In this document: positions 36,234 to 45,216 of the stretch, one piece after another
Layout: every line of letters begins with the position of its first letter
Position numbering within the stretch: the first letter of the stretch is position 1
Virus record (IMG/VR): IMGVR_UViG_3300014208_000023
Span: 352,001 to 416,000 of that record
DNA length: 64,000 nucleotides
Reading direction: 5' to 3' (one strand)
Source of the DNA: a virus
Lineage: Duplodnaviria; Caudoviricetes
Position numbers and translations under genes: made by a program
The notes under the pieces: model-generated
Databases searched by the model: none
Told to the model about the DNA's origin: nothing
Seen by the model: the letters and a program-made list of their open reading frames with translations, nothing else

Positions 36234-36752
36234 TTACGGATTAAAACGAGCAGAGTGTTGTTGGTGAGTTTCCCAATTTAATATATAACGAGAAGATTGT
36301 CTGCTTCCCTTAATAATCAAACTGTTTTCAGCATTAGACTCATTGCCGGCTTTGGTGAAGTTCATAGAACCAGTAATGATTGTTTCGTAATCAATAATCA
36401 TTATCTTGTTATGGGCAATTGAATGCTTGTCGTCAAGATAGATGGTTAGTCCTTTTTCGTGCAAAGGAAACATTAGTGAGTTTGGATTGCCTAGGTTTTC
36501 TCGATCCAGGATAATCTCTACCTTTACTCCTCGCTCAAAAGCAGATGCTAGGGCTGCTCCGATTTGAGCGTTGGTAAAACTATATGCTTGAACTAAAACA
36601 CTTTTACGTGCTAGATTAATTTCTCTAACGACCGCTTCTGCCGCTCCGCCGTTAGGTGAAAAATTAACTTCCAATGATATCTCTTCTTTTGAAGAAGAGG
36701 GCGAGCAGGCATTACAAAAAAGAATTGCCAAAGCTAGAATGGTTTTTTTCAT
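36234..36752 (-). CDS. phospholipase D-family (Nuc-like) endonuclease, lipoprotein
   Basis: Lipobox FCNAC; HNKIMIID..TGSMNFT HKD motif; NAEN. Confidence 0.9.
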   Translation of the reverse strand: MKKTILALAILFCNACSPSSSKEEISLEVNFSPNGGAAEAVVREINLARKSVLVQAYSFTNAQIGAALASAFERGVKVEIILDRENLGNPNSLMFPLHEKGLTIYLDDKHSIAHNKIMIIDYETIITGSMNFTKAGNESNAENSLIIKGSRQSSRYILNWETHQQHSARFNP

Positions 36753-36949
36753 TAGATTAATTCAATTTGTTTGCCAGGCATCCAGATTCTAATTGTTATG
36801 ATTGACAATATGGCAATCACTAAAAGAATTACAAAATCACTTCTATATCCTAATTGGAGGATTAGTCTATGAATAGTAAATACGGCAGCCAGAGTAACTA
36901 CGATACGAGAGGCGGCCCAATGAATCCAGCACCATATATACCCTAACAT
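36752..36949 (-). CDS. small 2-TM membrane protein
   Basis: Hydrophobic; coupled to PLD start. Confidence 0.55.
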   Translation of the reverse strand: MLGYIWCWIHWAASRIVVTLAAVFTIHRLILQLGYRSDFVILLVIAILSIITIRIWMPGKQIELI

Positions 36950-36951
36950 CT

Positions 36952-36979
36952 AGCATAATCACTTTCCGCGTGGTGTCAA
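36952..36979 (-). promoter_or_regulatory. sigma70-type promoter
   Basis: TTGACA-16-TATGCT. Confidence 0.6.
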
Positions 36980-37047
36980 GAGTCAAACTGAATTAGTTAT
37001 AGGAAACGGATGTTCAGTATAATTTCAGATGGCGAGGCATAAAGTGC

Positions 37048-37506
37048 CTATATTAATGCGATAAAAGACTTGTAATTTAGACTTGGCTTAGGAGGGGCAA
37101 ATCTCTGCCCGCCAAGCGGCTTTTCGAGGGGTTGGCTGTTATCAATTTTCTTAACAAGAATGGAGGCACCAATAGTTCTATACCTATAGTTTTCAGCAGA
37201 AGAACCTAGGTTGGTTCGTATCTTTTCTTTAGTCTTACCAATAAGACCCGCAAACAAAGTTCCTTTAGAAGAGCCAAAATCAATTGGTAATTTTAAGATT
37301 ATTCTCCTGCCGATAGAATTATCTAGCCCATAATACGTATGAGCATCAATTATTGCTCCAACCGTAAAAACAATACCGCAGTCATCATAGCCATCATTAA
37401 TCATGAATTTTTCAGAGCAAGTAACTATTGAGTTCATCCTAATGTTCATTAGGCACTTCAAGTAATTATCAAATTTTGCTTGAGTTTTGAACCCGTGACA
37501 AATCAT
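37048..37506 (-). CDS. hypothetical protein
   Basis: ORF in chain. Confidence 0.55.
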   Translation of the reverse strand: MICHGFKTQAKFDNYLKCLMNIRMNSIVTCSEKFMINDGYDDCGIVFTVGAIIDAHTYYGLDNSIGRRIILKLPIDFGSSKGTLFAGLIGKTKEKIRTNLGSSAENYRYRTIGASILVKKIDNSQPLEKPLGGQRFAPPKPSLNYKSFIALI

Positions 37507-37507
37507 T

Positions 37508-38134
37508 TTAAATCACAATCTGTGAAGTTACCGAATGCATAATGATGCCAGAAGCAGTTGCGGCATTTAGACTTCTAACCGAACCATACATATCAATATG
37601 AACTATTTCTTCACATAGATATTGCATCCCGGTAGTAAGACCGCAACCCTCTTCTCCAAAAATTAGAAGAGGTGGAAGGTCTCTCCTTGAGTTTTTAAAC
37701 CAAGAGTAGTTGGTTAGGCTAACTGATCCTGGGATGTTGTCTATTCCAATGAATCTATATTTCCTTTTAAGATCCTTAAGATCCTCAATATTAGGAAGGA
37801 ATACCACGTCCTTGTAGTGGTAAGTTCCCTGAGCCCCACGTCTATCAAACCTTTTAGCTCCAACATAAAAGATTTCTTTTACATTGAAAGCGTTTGCGTT
37901 ACGAATGAACGAGCCGAAGTTTAGATCGCCTATCCAATTCTCCATACAAACGGCAAAGGGAAAGGCCGTCTCTGCTAGCTTGCTCTTTATAGTTTCAACC
38001 GTAAGAGGCTTGAAAGCATCAATGACATTGAATTTTTGAGCATCGATAAAAAATTGCTTGCCCTGTTTAATAGCTTCACTATGAAGTGGAGAGCTATCAG
38101 ATAGAGCCGGCTTTGTCTTTATCTTCTCTAGCAT
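37508..38134 (-). CDS. TrmH/SpoU family RNA 2'-O-methyltransferase
   Basis: NFGSFIRNANAF, LIFGEEGCGL, HIDMYGSVRSLNAATASGI. Confidence 0.9.
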   Translation of the reverse strand: MLEKIKTKPALSDSSPLHSEAIKQGKQFFIDAQKFNVIDAFKPLTVETIKSKLAETAFPFAVCMENWIGDLNFGSFIRNANAFNVKEIFYVGAKRFDRRGAQGTYHYKDVVFLPNIEDLKDLKRKYRFIGIDNIPGSVSLTNYSWFKNSRRDLPPLLIFGEEGCGLTTGMQYLCEEIVHIDMYGSVRSLNAATASGIIMHSVTSQIVI

Positions 38135-38168
38135 TAGAATTCCTTTAAATGTGAGATATATAGATCAT

Positions 38169-38750
38169 ATGATGTATTTCGTCTATATAATAGAGAATAA
38201 AATTACCGGAGGATTTTACGTTGGTAAGACAAGTAATATCGATAAGCGATGGAAAAGACATTTGACCATAGCCAAGGGCTCTTCGGCTAAGTATTTGAAA
38301 GAATGTTTTTATTTGCATTCTTCCATTAGAAGACACGGCATTGATAACTTCACGATTCGAGTATCGGGTACTTACAATACCGAGCGACAAGCATTCGATA
38401 ATGAAATTAGTCTCATTGCCAAGTTGAAAGCCGAAGGCTTCAAACTATATAACCTCACAAATGGAGGTGAGGGATCTTCTGGGCGGAAACACTCGGATGA
38501 GTCAAAACGTAAAATATCCTTATCGTTAATTGGCCATAAGCATACTGAGGAGGCTAAACAGAAAATAGCCGCAGCTAATGTGGGGAGCGGGCGTAATTTG
38601 GGTATTACCCGCTCCAAAGAAACTAGACAAAAAATATCATTGGGAGGAAAAGGCAATACTAATAGTTTAGGTCACAAACATTCGGAAGAATCAAAACTAA
38701 AAATGTCTATCGCCAAAAAAGCGAGAAACGCTCTGAAGCAACAGAGTTAA
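38169..38750 (+). CDS. GIY-YIG homing endonuclease with NUMOD3-type repeats
   Basis: YFVYII..FYVGKT..KRWKRH..LYNLTNGGEG..HSDESKRKIS repeats. Confidence 0.9.
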   Translation: MMYFVYIIENKITGGFYVGKTSNIDKRWKRHLTIAKGSSAKYLKECFYLHSSIRRHGIDNFTIRVSGTYNTERQAFDNEISLIAKLKAEGFKLYNLTNGGEGSSGRKHSDESKRKISLSLIGHKHTEEAKQKIAAANVGSGRNLGITRSKETRQKISLGGKGNTNSLGHKHSEESKLKMSIAKKARNALKQQS

Positions 38751-38780
38751 AAATATCTCATACCAAAGGTATGGATACAA

Positions 38781-39020
38781 TTAATCCTCGACCCACGAGT
38801 TTCCGCAGTTTGAACATTTCAAATGAAGGTGCGCTACAGTAGAGGCGCAAACCTTCTTGCCGAAGAAGATGAATCGCTTAATCCCATAGCAAAGTTTGCT
38901 TTTAGAGATTAGTGATGTCTTCGTTGTTTTACACGAAGAGCACAGAGATTTCTTATATTTAAGAGCCGCATTCCGCAGTTTTCTTTGTTCTGGTGACGGA
39001 AAGTTAATAATCTGTGCCAT
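38781..39020 (-). CDS. Zn-ribbon protein
   Basis: CSSC..CSNC. Confidence 0.6.
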   Translation of the reverse strand: MAQIINFPSPEQRKLRNAALKYKKSLCSSCKTTKTSLISKSKLCYGIKRFIFFGKKVCASTVAHLHLKCSNCGNSWVED

Positions 39021-39066
39021 TTGAGCGCTTTCTAAAAACTCTAGAATCGTATGATATATCTATACG

Positions 39067-39684
39067 ATGTTCTTCGTTTATCTTATAAAGAATTTTGTTA
39101 ATGGAAAATTATATGTTGGCAAGACTAACGACATTAAAATCCGATGGAGACAGCATAAAAAAATTGCTGCTGGTGGCAAGGCCAAATACCCAAAAGAGTA
39201 TAGCTACATACATTCGGCTATTTCTAAATATGGAACAGAAAATTTCAAAATATCTATTTTATATAGATACGATAATGAAAATGAAGCTTTGGAAGATGAA
39301 ATTTATCACATAGCTCGTTTAAAAAACGAAGGTTACGAACTATATAATCTTACGGATGGTGGGGATGGATCTTCCGGATATAAATTTTCTGAAGAAAGCA
39401 AACGAAAAATGTCCATAACTCATATTGGCATGAGACATACTGAAGAGTCTAAATGCAAAATGTCCTTAGCTCAAAAGGGCAATACCAATAATTTGGGCAA
39501 AAAACATTCGGACGAAACTAAAAAGAAAATGTCTGAATGGCAGATTGGCAAAACGCTTTCCATTGAAACGAAGAAAAAAATATCTTCAGCACATTTGGGA
39601 ATGAAAGCTTCTGAAGCGACCAAACAAAAAATGTCTCTTGCGAAGATTGGTAAATCCAATAAATCATCTTCCGGCAATTTTTGA
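39067..39684 (+). CDS. GIY-YIG homing endonuclease with NUMOD3-type repeats
   Basis: FFVYLI..LYVGKT..RWRQH..LYNLTDGGDG..HTEESKCKMS. Confidence 0.9.
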   Translation: MFFVYLIKNFVNGKLYVGKTNDIKIRWRQHKKIAAGGKAKYPKEYSYIHSAISKYGTENFKISILYRYDNENEALEDEIYHIARLKNEGYELYNLTDGGDGSSGYKFSEESKRKMSITHIGMRHTEESKCKMSLAQKGNTNNLGKKHSDETKKKMSEWQIGKTLSIETKKKISSAHLGMKASEATKQKMSLAKIGKSNKSSSGNF

Positions 39685-41859
39685 TTGCTTTTGTTCTTCT
39701 TCTACAGAAAGAAAGTCTTCTAGACCAGAAGAATTACTTTCATCTTCGACTCTAATCTTTAGATCTTGAGTAGATGTCATGGCCTCCAAAGCAGATTTAA
39801 AAATCACTTCCATAAGTTCATTGCCAGCGATCGTCATACCGCTAACCCTAAACTCCTTGGAAAGAGCTAGGAGTCGAAGCATATTAGCGCTTGCATCTGG
39901 ACTATCTACTCCCGGAATTTGAGGAATGGCAATTCCCAGAGTGATAGCCATAGCGGCCTTGCCATATTCAGTTCCAAGAATTTCAGATAGAGCATTAGCC
40001 TTTGTAGCGCTACCATCCTTATTCCTTAGAGAATTTACGATTGCTCCATGAGTAACTGTAAGGGCTTGCTTCGCAACGATTCTATAACCGGCCTTTTTAA
40101 GGTCGGCTTTTAGCGGAGCATACTTATTGATGGTGAGTCCAGCGGTAGCATGTTCAGGAAACACTGCTGGCTTTGAAATTGCCGAGTTACCCTTAACACC
40201 CAACCTACGAGTATGTCCCGGAGACATTGCCCAATATCTTGAGTCTAGATTTGAATCCAAACTTGACGAATCTAGAAAAGATGAGTCCTGATAACCTTCC
40301 CATCCAAATTTTAGCTTGTCCTTAAGACGAAGGACTGGGCCGTGTTCTGTCGCTCCTACTACAATGCCCCGGCGAAGCTTGTGTGCATTTTGCACAGAAA
40401 TTACGTCATCGTCATCGACGGAGACGCCAAACTCCAACTCTTCTCCTAGCCTATATCCAAGCTTGGCTAGATTGTTCCTGACAACATTGTCCTTATAAAG
40501 GAGATTGGCTTTCTTGATATTTTCCTTCTTGAAGGACCAGAACTTCTTATTCTTACCACAATAAGTCGAATGAATAAGTTTGAAATATTCTGGGCCATAT
40601 GCCTCACTCCAAGAGCCAACAATGGAAGTGGATGGCTCAACCATTACGGAGCCGTTGAGATAGCCGGCTACTTTACCATTGCGCACGTATTTGGCGCCAA
40701 CCGGATTTGTTGATGTAGGATTGCCCAAGGCATCGCAAGCGTAACTTACGTCATCTCCAACTCTCAACCCAAGAGAACGAAGATCGCTAAAAATAGCGGA
40801 ATCTTTCTTGTCGGCTTCCATAGCCGCTGCTTTCTTGACGGCCTCCATAGCCTCTGCTTTCTTGGCTGCCTCAAGAGACAGCTTGTCCTTATGCATCTTG
40901 TATTCTGTAGCAGTTTTCATCGCATGCTTGGTTAGACAGAATGCCATAGACTCGGTATCTTTAAACCGAGAGTGTGAGTGATCTCTCTGCAACGGCTTAT
41001 AGTTAATACCTGGGGCTTTAATGTGGCCAGCGGTATCAGTATATGCGACTAGAGGGTAATTTCCATCGTGACCGATTACGATTAGTTCTCGGTCGGGATT
41101 TGGCGCACCAGACCAATAAACAAGGCCTCCAACTACTAGACCTTCTTTAGTGAGTCTTTCAGTAATTGCCTTGTCTTTTTCGGCCTGGGTAGCGACGGCC
41201 GGAGTAGTTGCAACTGGTACGATTTTTGTGGCTGCAACTTCGGCTACACGTTTCGCTTCAGCTACACGTTTCGCTTCGACGCAAGTATCGAAAACAGAAG
41301 CAGAAAACTCAATATATCTGCCTGATTGAGTAAAAGACGAGTGCAGTTTTGATGAACCGTGAGATTGGGTGGCGCAATAATATCTCTCTTTCGTTGGGCC
41401 ATCAATAAGAAGAACCGGATTACCACGGCAAACTCCGGCGACGTAACCGACAATTCCATAGGAAGATTGGGAAACAATCCTTTGCCCAAGAGAAAGGCCA
41501 ATTTCCTTTAGCTCCTTTACAATTCTGGCGTCTTCCGTATCAGTAACTTTTACCGTATCTTTTGGATAAAGAGACCAAATTGCTTTTGAAGCAATATCCT
41601 TATGAAAGTCATAATGAACATTACTTTCCGTTTGGGTACGAGAGGTTGGGAACCCTGAAAAAAGGACTAGTGCAAAGTCGTGATCACGATCATGACCGAC
41701 AACAACTCCAACCGAGGACATCCCAACAGCTTTGATCTTATCTCCAACCTTAAGGCCGGAGACTTTCAGTCGAGAATTGATGGCGTCTCCCTGAAGTCGC
41801 AATGCAAGCGACTTATCTGCATCATTCACGGTGGTGATGGTTTCTTCCGGAGTCTTCAC
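39664..41859 (-). CDS. multi-repeat (about 5 SH3/KOW-like modules) protein with C-terminal EFRxSG domain
   Basis: Repeats GLKVGD, GLSLGQ, GLVVGG, GLRVGD, GYRLGE; KEFRVSGMTIAGNELME. Confidence 0.8.
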   Translation of the reverse strand: MKTPEETITTVNDADKSLALRLQGDAINSRLKVSGLKVGDKIKAVGMSSVGVVVGHDRDHDFALVLFSGFPTSRTQTESNVHYDFHKDIASKAIWSLYPKDTVKVTDTEDARIVKELKEIGLSLGQRIVSQSSYGIVGYVAGVCRGNPVLLIDGPTKERYYCATQSHGSSKLHSSFTQSGRYIEFSASVFDTCVEAKRVAEAKRVAEVAATKIVPVATTPAVATQAEKDKAITERLTKEGLVVGGLVYWSGAPNPDRELIVIGHDGNYPLVAYTDTAGHIKAPGINYKPLQRDHSHSRFKDTESMAFCLTKHAMKTATEYKMHKDKLSLEAAKKAEAMEAVKKAAAMEADKKDSAIFSDLRSLGLRVGDDVSYACDALGNPTSTNPVGAKYVRNGKVAGYLNGSVMVEPSTSIVGSWSEAYGPEYFKLIHSTYCGKNKKFWSFKKENIKKANLLYKDNVVRNNLAKLGYRLGEELEFGVSVDDDDVISVQNAHKLRRGIVVGATEHGPVLRLKDKLKFGWEGYQDSSFLDSSSLDSNLDSRYWAMSPGHTRRLGVKGNSAISKPAVFPEHATAGLTINKYAPLKADLKKAGYRIVAKQALTVTHGAIVNSLRNKDGSATKANALSEILGTEYGKAAMAITLGIAIPQIPGVDSPDASANMLRLLALSKEFRVSGMTIAGNELMEVIFKSALEAMTSTQDLKIRVEDESNSSGLEDFLSVEEEQKQSKIAGR

Positions 41860-41868
41860 TTAAATGAC

Positions 41869-42045
41869 CTACTTTAGCTTGTTGGTTATAAACAGATAGA
41901 AAATGTATGCAAAGAAGAATGCAAACATTGCGGCACAACATAACCAACTGATAAATTGGTAGTGCGCCGGTAAAACAATAACGCCAATTATTCCTGCTAC
42001 AAAAATAATTGTAAGCAATACATATGACCAAAATAAATCAATCAT
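41869..42045 (-). CDS. small 2-TM membrane protein
   Basis: Start moved to MIDLFW. Confidence 0.5.
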   Translation of the reverse strand: MIDLFWSYVLLTIIFVAGIIGVIVLPAHYQFISWLCCAAMFAFFFAYIFYLFITNKLK

Positions 42046-42286
42046 TGTCAGCCTTACTTCGCCCTCGGATAACATGCGGAGCAATACCGCCAGCCTTACC
42101 GGCAGCAACGGCTTCTTCCGAAGTGTATCGGTGAGCAACGCCAAGCTCATGCGCTTTCTTTCCGCCAAGAGCAGAGATTGCCGCCCTCTTTTCTGGAGAC
42201 ATTGCGGCAAATCCGCGGAGCCTTTTAGGCTTCACTGGCGCGGAAACAACGACTTCAATTTCGGCAAATTCTTCGTCATTATGCAT
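42038..42286 (-). CDS. KGG-repeat general stress protein
   Basis: RGFAAMSPEKRAAISALGGKKAHE..AHRYTSEEAVAAGKAGG. Confidence 0.8.
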   Translation of the reverse strand: MHNDEEFAEIEVVVSAPVKPKRLRGFAAMSPEKRAAISALGGKKAHELGVAHRYTSEEAVAAGKAGGIAPHVIRGRSKADND

Positions 42287-42456
42287 TTCAAATTACCTTT
42301 GGTATTTTGCTTGTAGCCTTAGAAAACTAAGCATGCCAGACTCAAAACTAATCTGGTTCTCGTATGCCGTTACGCTTTCTGCCCATTCCAATTCATCCTG
42401 ATCGACTTGAAGAGTCGGAACGTGATAGAACCATATGAGGAAAGCAATAATTATCA

Positions 42457-42678
42457 CTAATGACCAAACATGAATCTAACGAACATTCCAACGAATGCGC
42501 AGAAACCAGATGCGATGCCCAATACAAATAGGACTAGAGATCCAGTTACAATTTTAGTTCCGGCTGAATCTGGATTTCCAGGCGTTGCTTTGTGGATAAA
42601 GTGCCCGATTACAAATGAGACAGCACAGGTTGCAATGATGGCAGCAATTCCAAGAACAACACTTTCAAGAAAAAACAT
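42457..42678 (-). CDS. small 2-TM membrane protein
   Basis: Hydrophobicity; AAGG SD. Confidence 0.55.
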   Translation of the reverse strand: MFFLESVVLGIAAIIATCAVSFVIGHFIHKATPGNPDSAGTKIVTGSLVLFVLGIASGFCAFVGMFVRFMFGH

Positions 42679-43075
42679 TTATCAAAACCTTCCGAGTAGA
42701 TACTTGTCGAAGATGACAATGGGCAATAGAAGAGGGGCGAACCAAAATAGCATCTTGCCTACTTCTCGCGTCTTCTCGTCTCGAAGCATGAGGTGATACC
42801 AGAGAACGTATGATAGCATGACATAGTATAGCAAATACTTCATTATCAGTTCTCCGTAGAAATTAATGTAACGGATTTGCTACTAGGCTCCGTTACAGCC
42901 TATCCGAATTACATCGGCAATATTGGGGACGAATATGGAGTATTAGTCACATACCCGCCATCCCTCTGTAGCAATGTGCGGACTTAGTATAAAAAAGCCG
43001 CACAAATCATAGTTTTTATTTATCAATCTAGTTGATTTGAAGGAGGGAGAATCAATCACCCTCGGTCCTTCTCAT

Positions 43076-43103
43076 AACGTAAGCACGATCGGCGTGGCGT
43101 CAA
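43076..43103 (-). promoter_or_regulatory. sigma70-type promoter
   Basis: TTGACG-16-TACGTT. Confidence 0.55.
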
Positions 43104-43142
43104 GTCGGCAATGTTCGTGCCAGCGTCGAACATGGGCGCTTT

Positions 43143-43481
43143 CTATGTGGGAGCGGAACAGGTGCAAGGCTCTTTATGAAAAAGAGCGCTGGCCTTTTCG
43201 TATGCATCTTCTAAAAGTTTTAGCTGCGTATCTGATGCTATACCAGTAGATAGTATATGGTGGTCGCCCGAATTTCTCCATCTCTTGGAGCGGGTTCTTT
43301 GGATGCCAATACTAGCACACTTTTGACGAAGGGCCCCATGCTTATAGCAACCTTCAGATATAACCGGTTGCGGCTTTGGAGTATATCTTACGATTGCTTT
43401 AGATATCTCTGATGGAGGAAGTTCCATCGTAAGCTTCTTTAAGGCATTTAATTCCTTAAGCTCTTGTAGAGATAGGCTCAT
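43143..43481 (-). CDS. hypothetical protein
   Basis: ORF. Confidence 0.55.
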   Translation of the reverse strand: MSLSLQELKELNALKKLTMELPPSEISKAIVRYTPKPQPVISEGCYKHGALRQKCASIGIQRTRSKRWRNSGDHHILSTGIASDTQLKLLEDAYEKASALFHKEPCTCSAPT

Positions 43482-43629
43482 ATGGCGCCCACGAATGGTT
43501 TCCTTGGAGGGCTCTTATTCTCTTTTCGCTTCCTATCCAAATTGCGAAGATAGCGGCAAGTTAGGCAATTGCAGTCTGCTCTTACCCAAATAGGAACATT
43601 ATTATCGTTTAGAATTGATTTATCTTTTT

Positions 43630-44013
43630 TCATTTTACATCAAACCAGATTGGTGTAGAATCATTCCAAACACAATTATAATTAACGAATAGTTCTTCGT
43701 CCTTTTTAATTGGGCGAACTGTTTTAATTACTAACCTATTGTTAGTATGGTCTGTAGTGTATTGGCAATTTGATTTATAGGAATGGTTATAAAGAGAGCC
43801 CCAACCTAATGCTATTGCCATCTTCTTGCCTGAAGAACCCCACTGAAAAACATAATTAGACATCTTTGTCTTTAAGATGTTTTCCACTTCTTTTACTGGA
43901 AAAACGATCATTGGAGAAATTTCAACAATGATGCCTTTTTTTATAGGCTCTTTAGTGAAGACTCCCCTTCCTCGTTTGGGGGATTTTTTAATATGAAGAT
44001 ATGGCTTAATCAT
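43630..44013 (-). CDS. SET-domain protein-lysine methyltransferase
   Basis: GRGVFTKEPIKKG, SLYNHSYKSNC, IKKDEELFVNY. Confidence 0.9.
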   Translation of the reverse strand: MIKPYLHIKKSPKRGRGVFTKEPIKKGIIVEISPMIVFPVKEVENILKTKMSNYVFQWGSSGKKMAIALGWGSLYNHSYKSNCQYTTDHTNNRLVIKTVRPIKKDEELFVNYNCVWNDSTPIWFDVK

Positions 44014-44384
44014 TTCGATTCGCGTTTGGCAAAAGGAATTGCTTCTAGCTCACAAATTGCAGCCCACCGATTGAACTTTTCGGTTTCAGCCCTAGCAATT
44101 ATTCCAGATAGCATTCTGAATCCAAGTCCAAGCATGGCTGATCCGTAAATGAATAGCGCTCCCTGAAGTAATGGTAAAAAGAACGGGATCGGATAGTTAT
44201 TGCCGACTAGGTAAAGAATCATTAACATGAGGCCGCACGAAATGCCATATGAGAAAAACACCCTAAACATTAGGCTCTTATGCTGGCGGCGATGGTGTTC
44301 TACCATAATTGCTGCATTGGCATATCTAGAGGTAAAGGTATGAAGAGTATTTTGTCCGCTAAAACGTGAGGCATCCATATTCAT
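44010..44384 (-). CDS. 2-TM membrane protein
   Basis: Start moved to MNMDASR to remove long overlap with deaminase. Confidence 0.5.
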   Translation of the reverse strand: MNMDASRFSGQNTLHTFTSRYANAAIMVEHHRRQHKSLMFRVFFSYGISCGLMLMILYLVGNNYPIPFFLPLLQGALFIYGSAMLGLGFRMLSGIIARAETEKFNRWAAICELEAIPFAKRESK

Positions 44385-44703
44385 TAGGTCCAATAGTGTA
44401 ATAAACTCTTTTAACATAAGCCCTGCGAAGAGATCGCTCGCAATCCTTACAAGGCTTGGACATTGCCCAAATACCATCCTTGGTAGTTCGAGCCACAAAG
44501 ACAGTGGCTCCCCTATCAAGCTTACGACAAAGCCGACCTTCTGAATGGTGGGCCGGCGTAGGGAACTTGGGCGCTCCGTTACAAGACCTAACGATAGCTC
44601 CGTCTCCTCGGACAGCAATACTGCCAACGCGGAAATGCCTATCGTCCTCCTTCATGTGGGAAATAACGACGGCCTCATCGAGCATTTTAGTAATACTTTT
44701 CAT
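44359..44703 (-). CDS. Zn-dependent cytidine/dCMP-type deaminase
   Basis: HHSEGRL and SKPCKDC motifs. Confidence 0.8.
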   Translation of the reverse strand: MKSITKMLDEAVVISHMKEDDRHFRVGSIAVRGDGAIVRSCNGAPKFPTPAHHSEGRLCRKLDRGATVFVARTTKDGIWAMSKPCKDCERSLRRAYVKRVYYTIGPNEYGCLTF

Positions 44704-44789
44704 TTTTTAATTGGTTGTCAGGTAGGGAATTGCACCCTAGCTCCAGCCCTAGATGGCTAGGAGCACAATCTAGTGCCCTGACACATAGT

Positions 44790-44834
44790 ATCATAACCAC
44801 CGTTGCCGTCGTGTCAAGGGCCCACGACGGCAAC
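44790..44834 (-). promoter_or_regulatory. sigma70 promoter with 12-bp inverted repeat across the -35
   Basis: TTGACA-16-TATGAT; GTTGCCGTCGTG-9 nt-CACGACGGCAAC. Confidence 0.65.
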
Positions 44835-44951
44835 AAGAAGCGTGCCAGCGGAATTACTTCAGATATTTTTTAGCAACATCCAAAAGCTCCCACACTATAA
44901 TTCCGCAAAGCCATCCCCATGAAAATGCTTCTGATCTAACCATCTCCCACA

Positions 44952-45203
44952 TTAGAGGACAGCCTTTAGGATGCTTTGAAGCAAAGTATCATCGCTATCT
45001 GCAATTTTTCTTACAGAAGTAAGATCGTTTTCCTCAACAGAAATCTCGTATTCCATACCGTCTGGATTGCTAGTTCCCGCCGGCCAGTCCTTACTAACTA
45101 TCATCCTGGCCTCCTCCATAAGAAGAGGGTCTTCTGTATCTAAAACCTTCGCCGGCATCTGAATCCCGGCGAACCCACTACTACGCTTGACTGTAATTTT
45201 CAT
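44952..45203 (-). CDS. emfourin-like protealysin inhibitor
   Basis: MKITVKRSSGFAGI..PDGMEYEISVE; directly downstream of M4 protease. Confidence 0.75.
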   Translation of the reverse strand: MKITVKRSSGFAGIQMPAKVLDTEDPLLMEEARMIVSKDWPAGTSNPDGMEYEISVEENDLTSVRKIADSDDTLLQSILKAVL

Positions 45204-45216
45204 TTTTAGCCTTCTT

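Noticed and set aside
41243-41277. Tandem repeat with 18-nt period
   Set aside because: Encodes an EAKRVA linker duplication within a protein; too short for a functional array
44359-44627. Apparent 270-nt dual-coding overlap between deaminase and the 205-aa ORF
   Set aside because: A downstream ATG (44384) gives a normal short overlap; the extension looks like chance open frame
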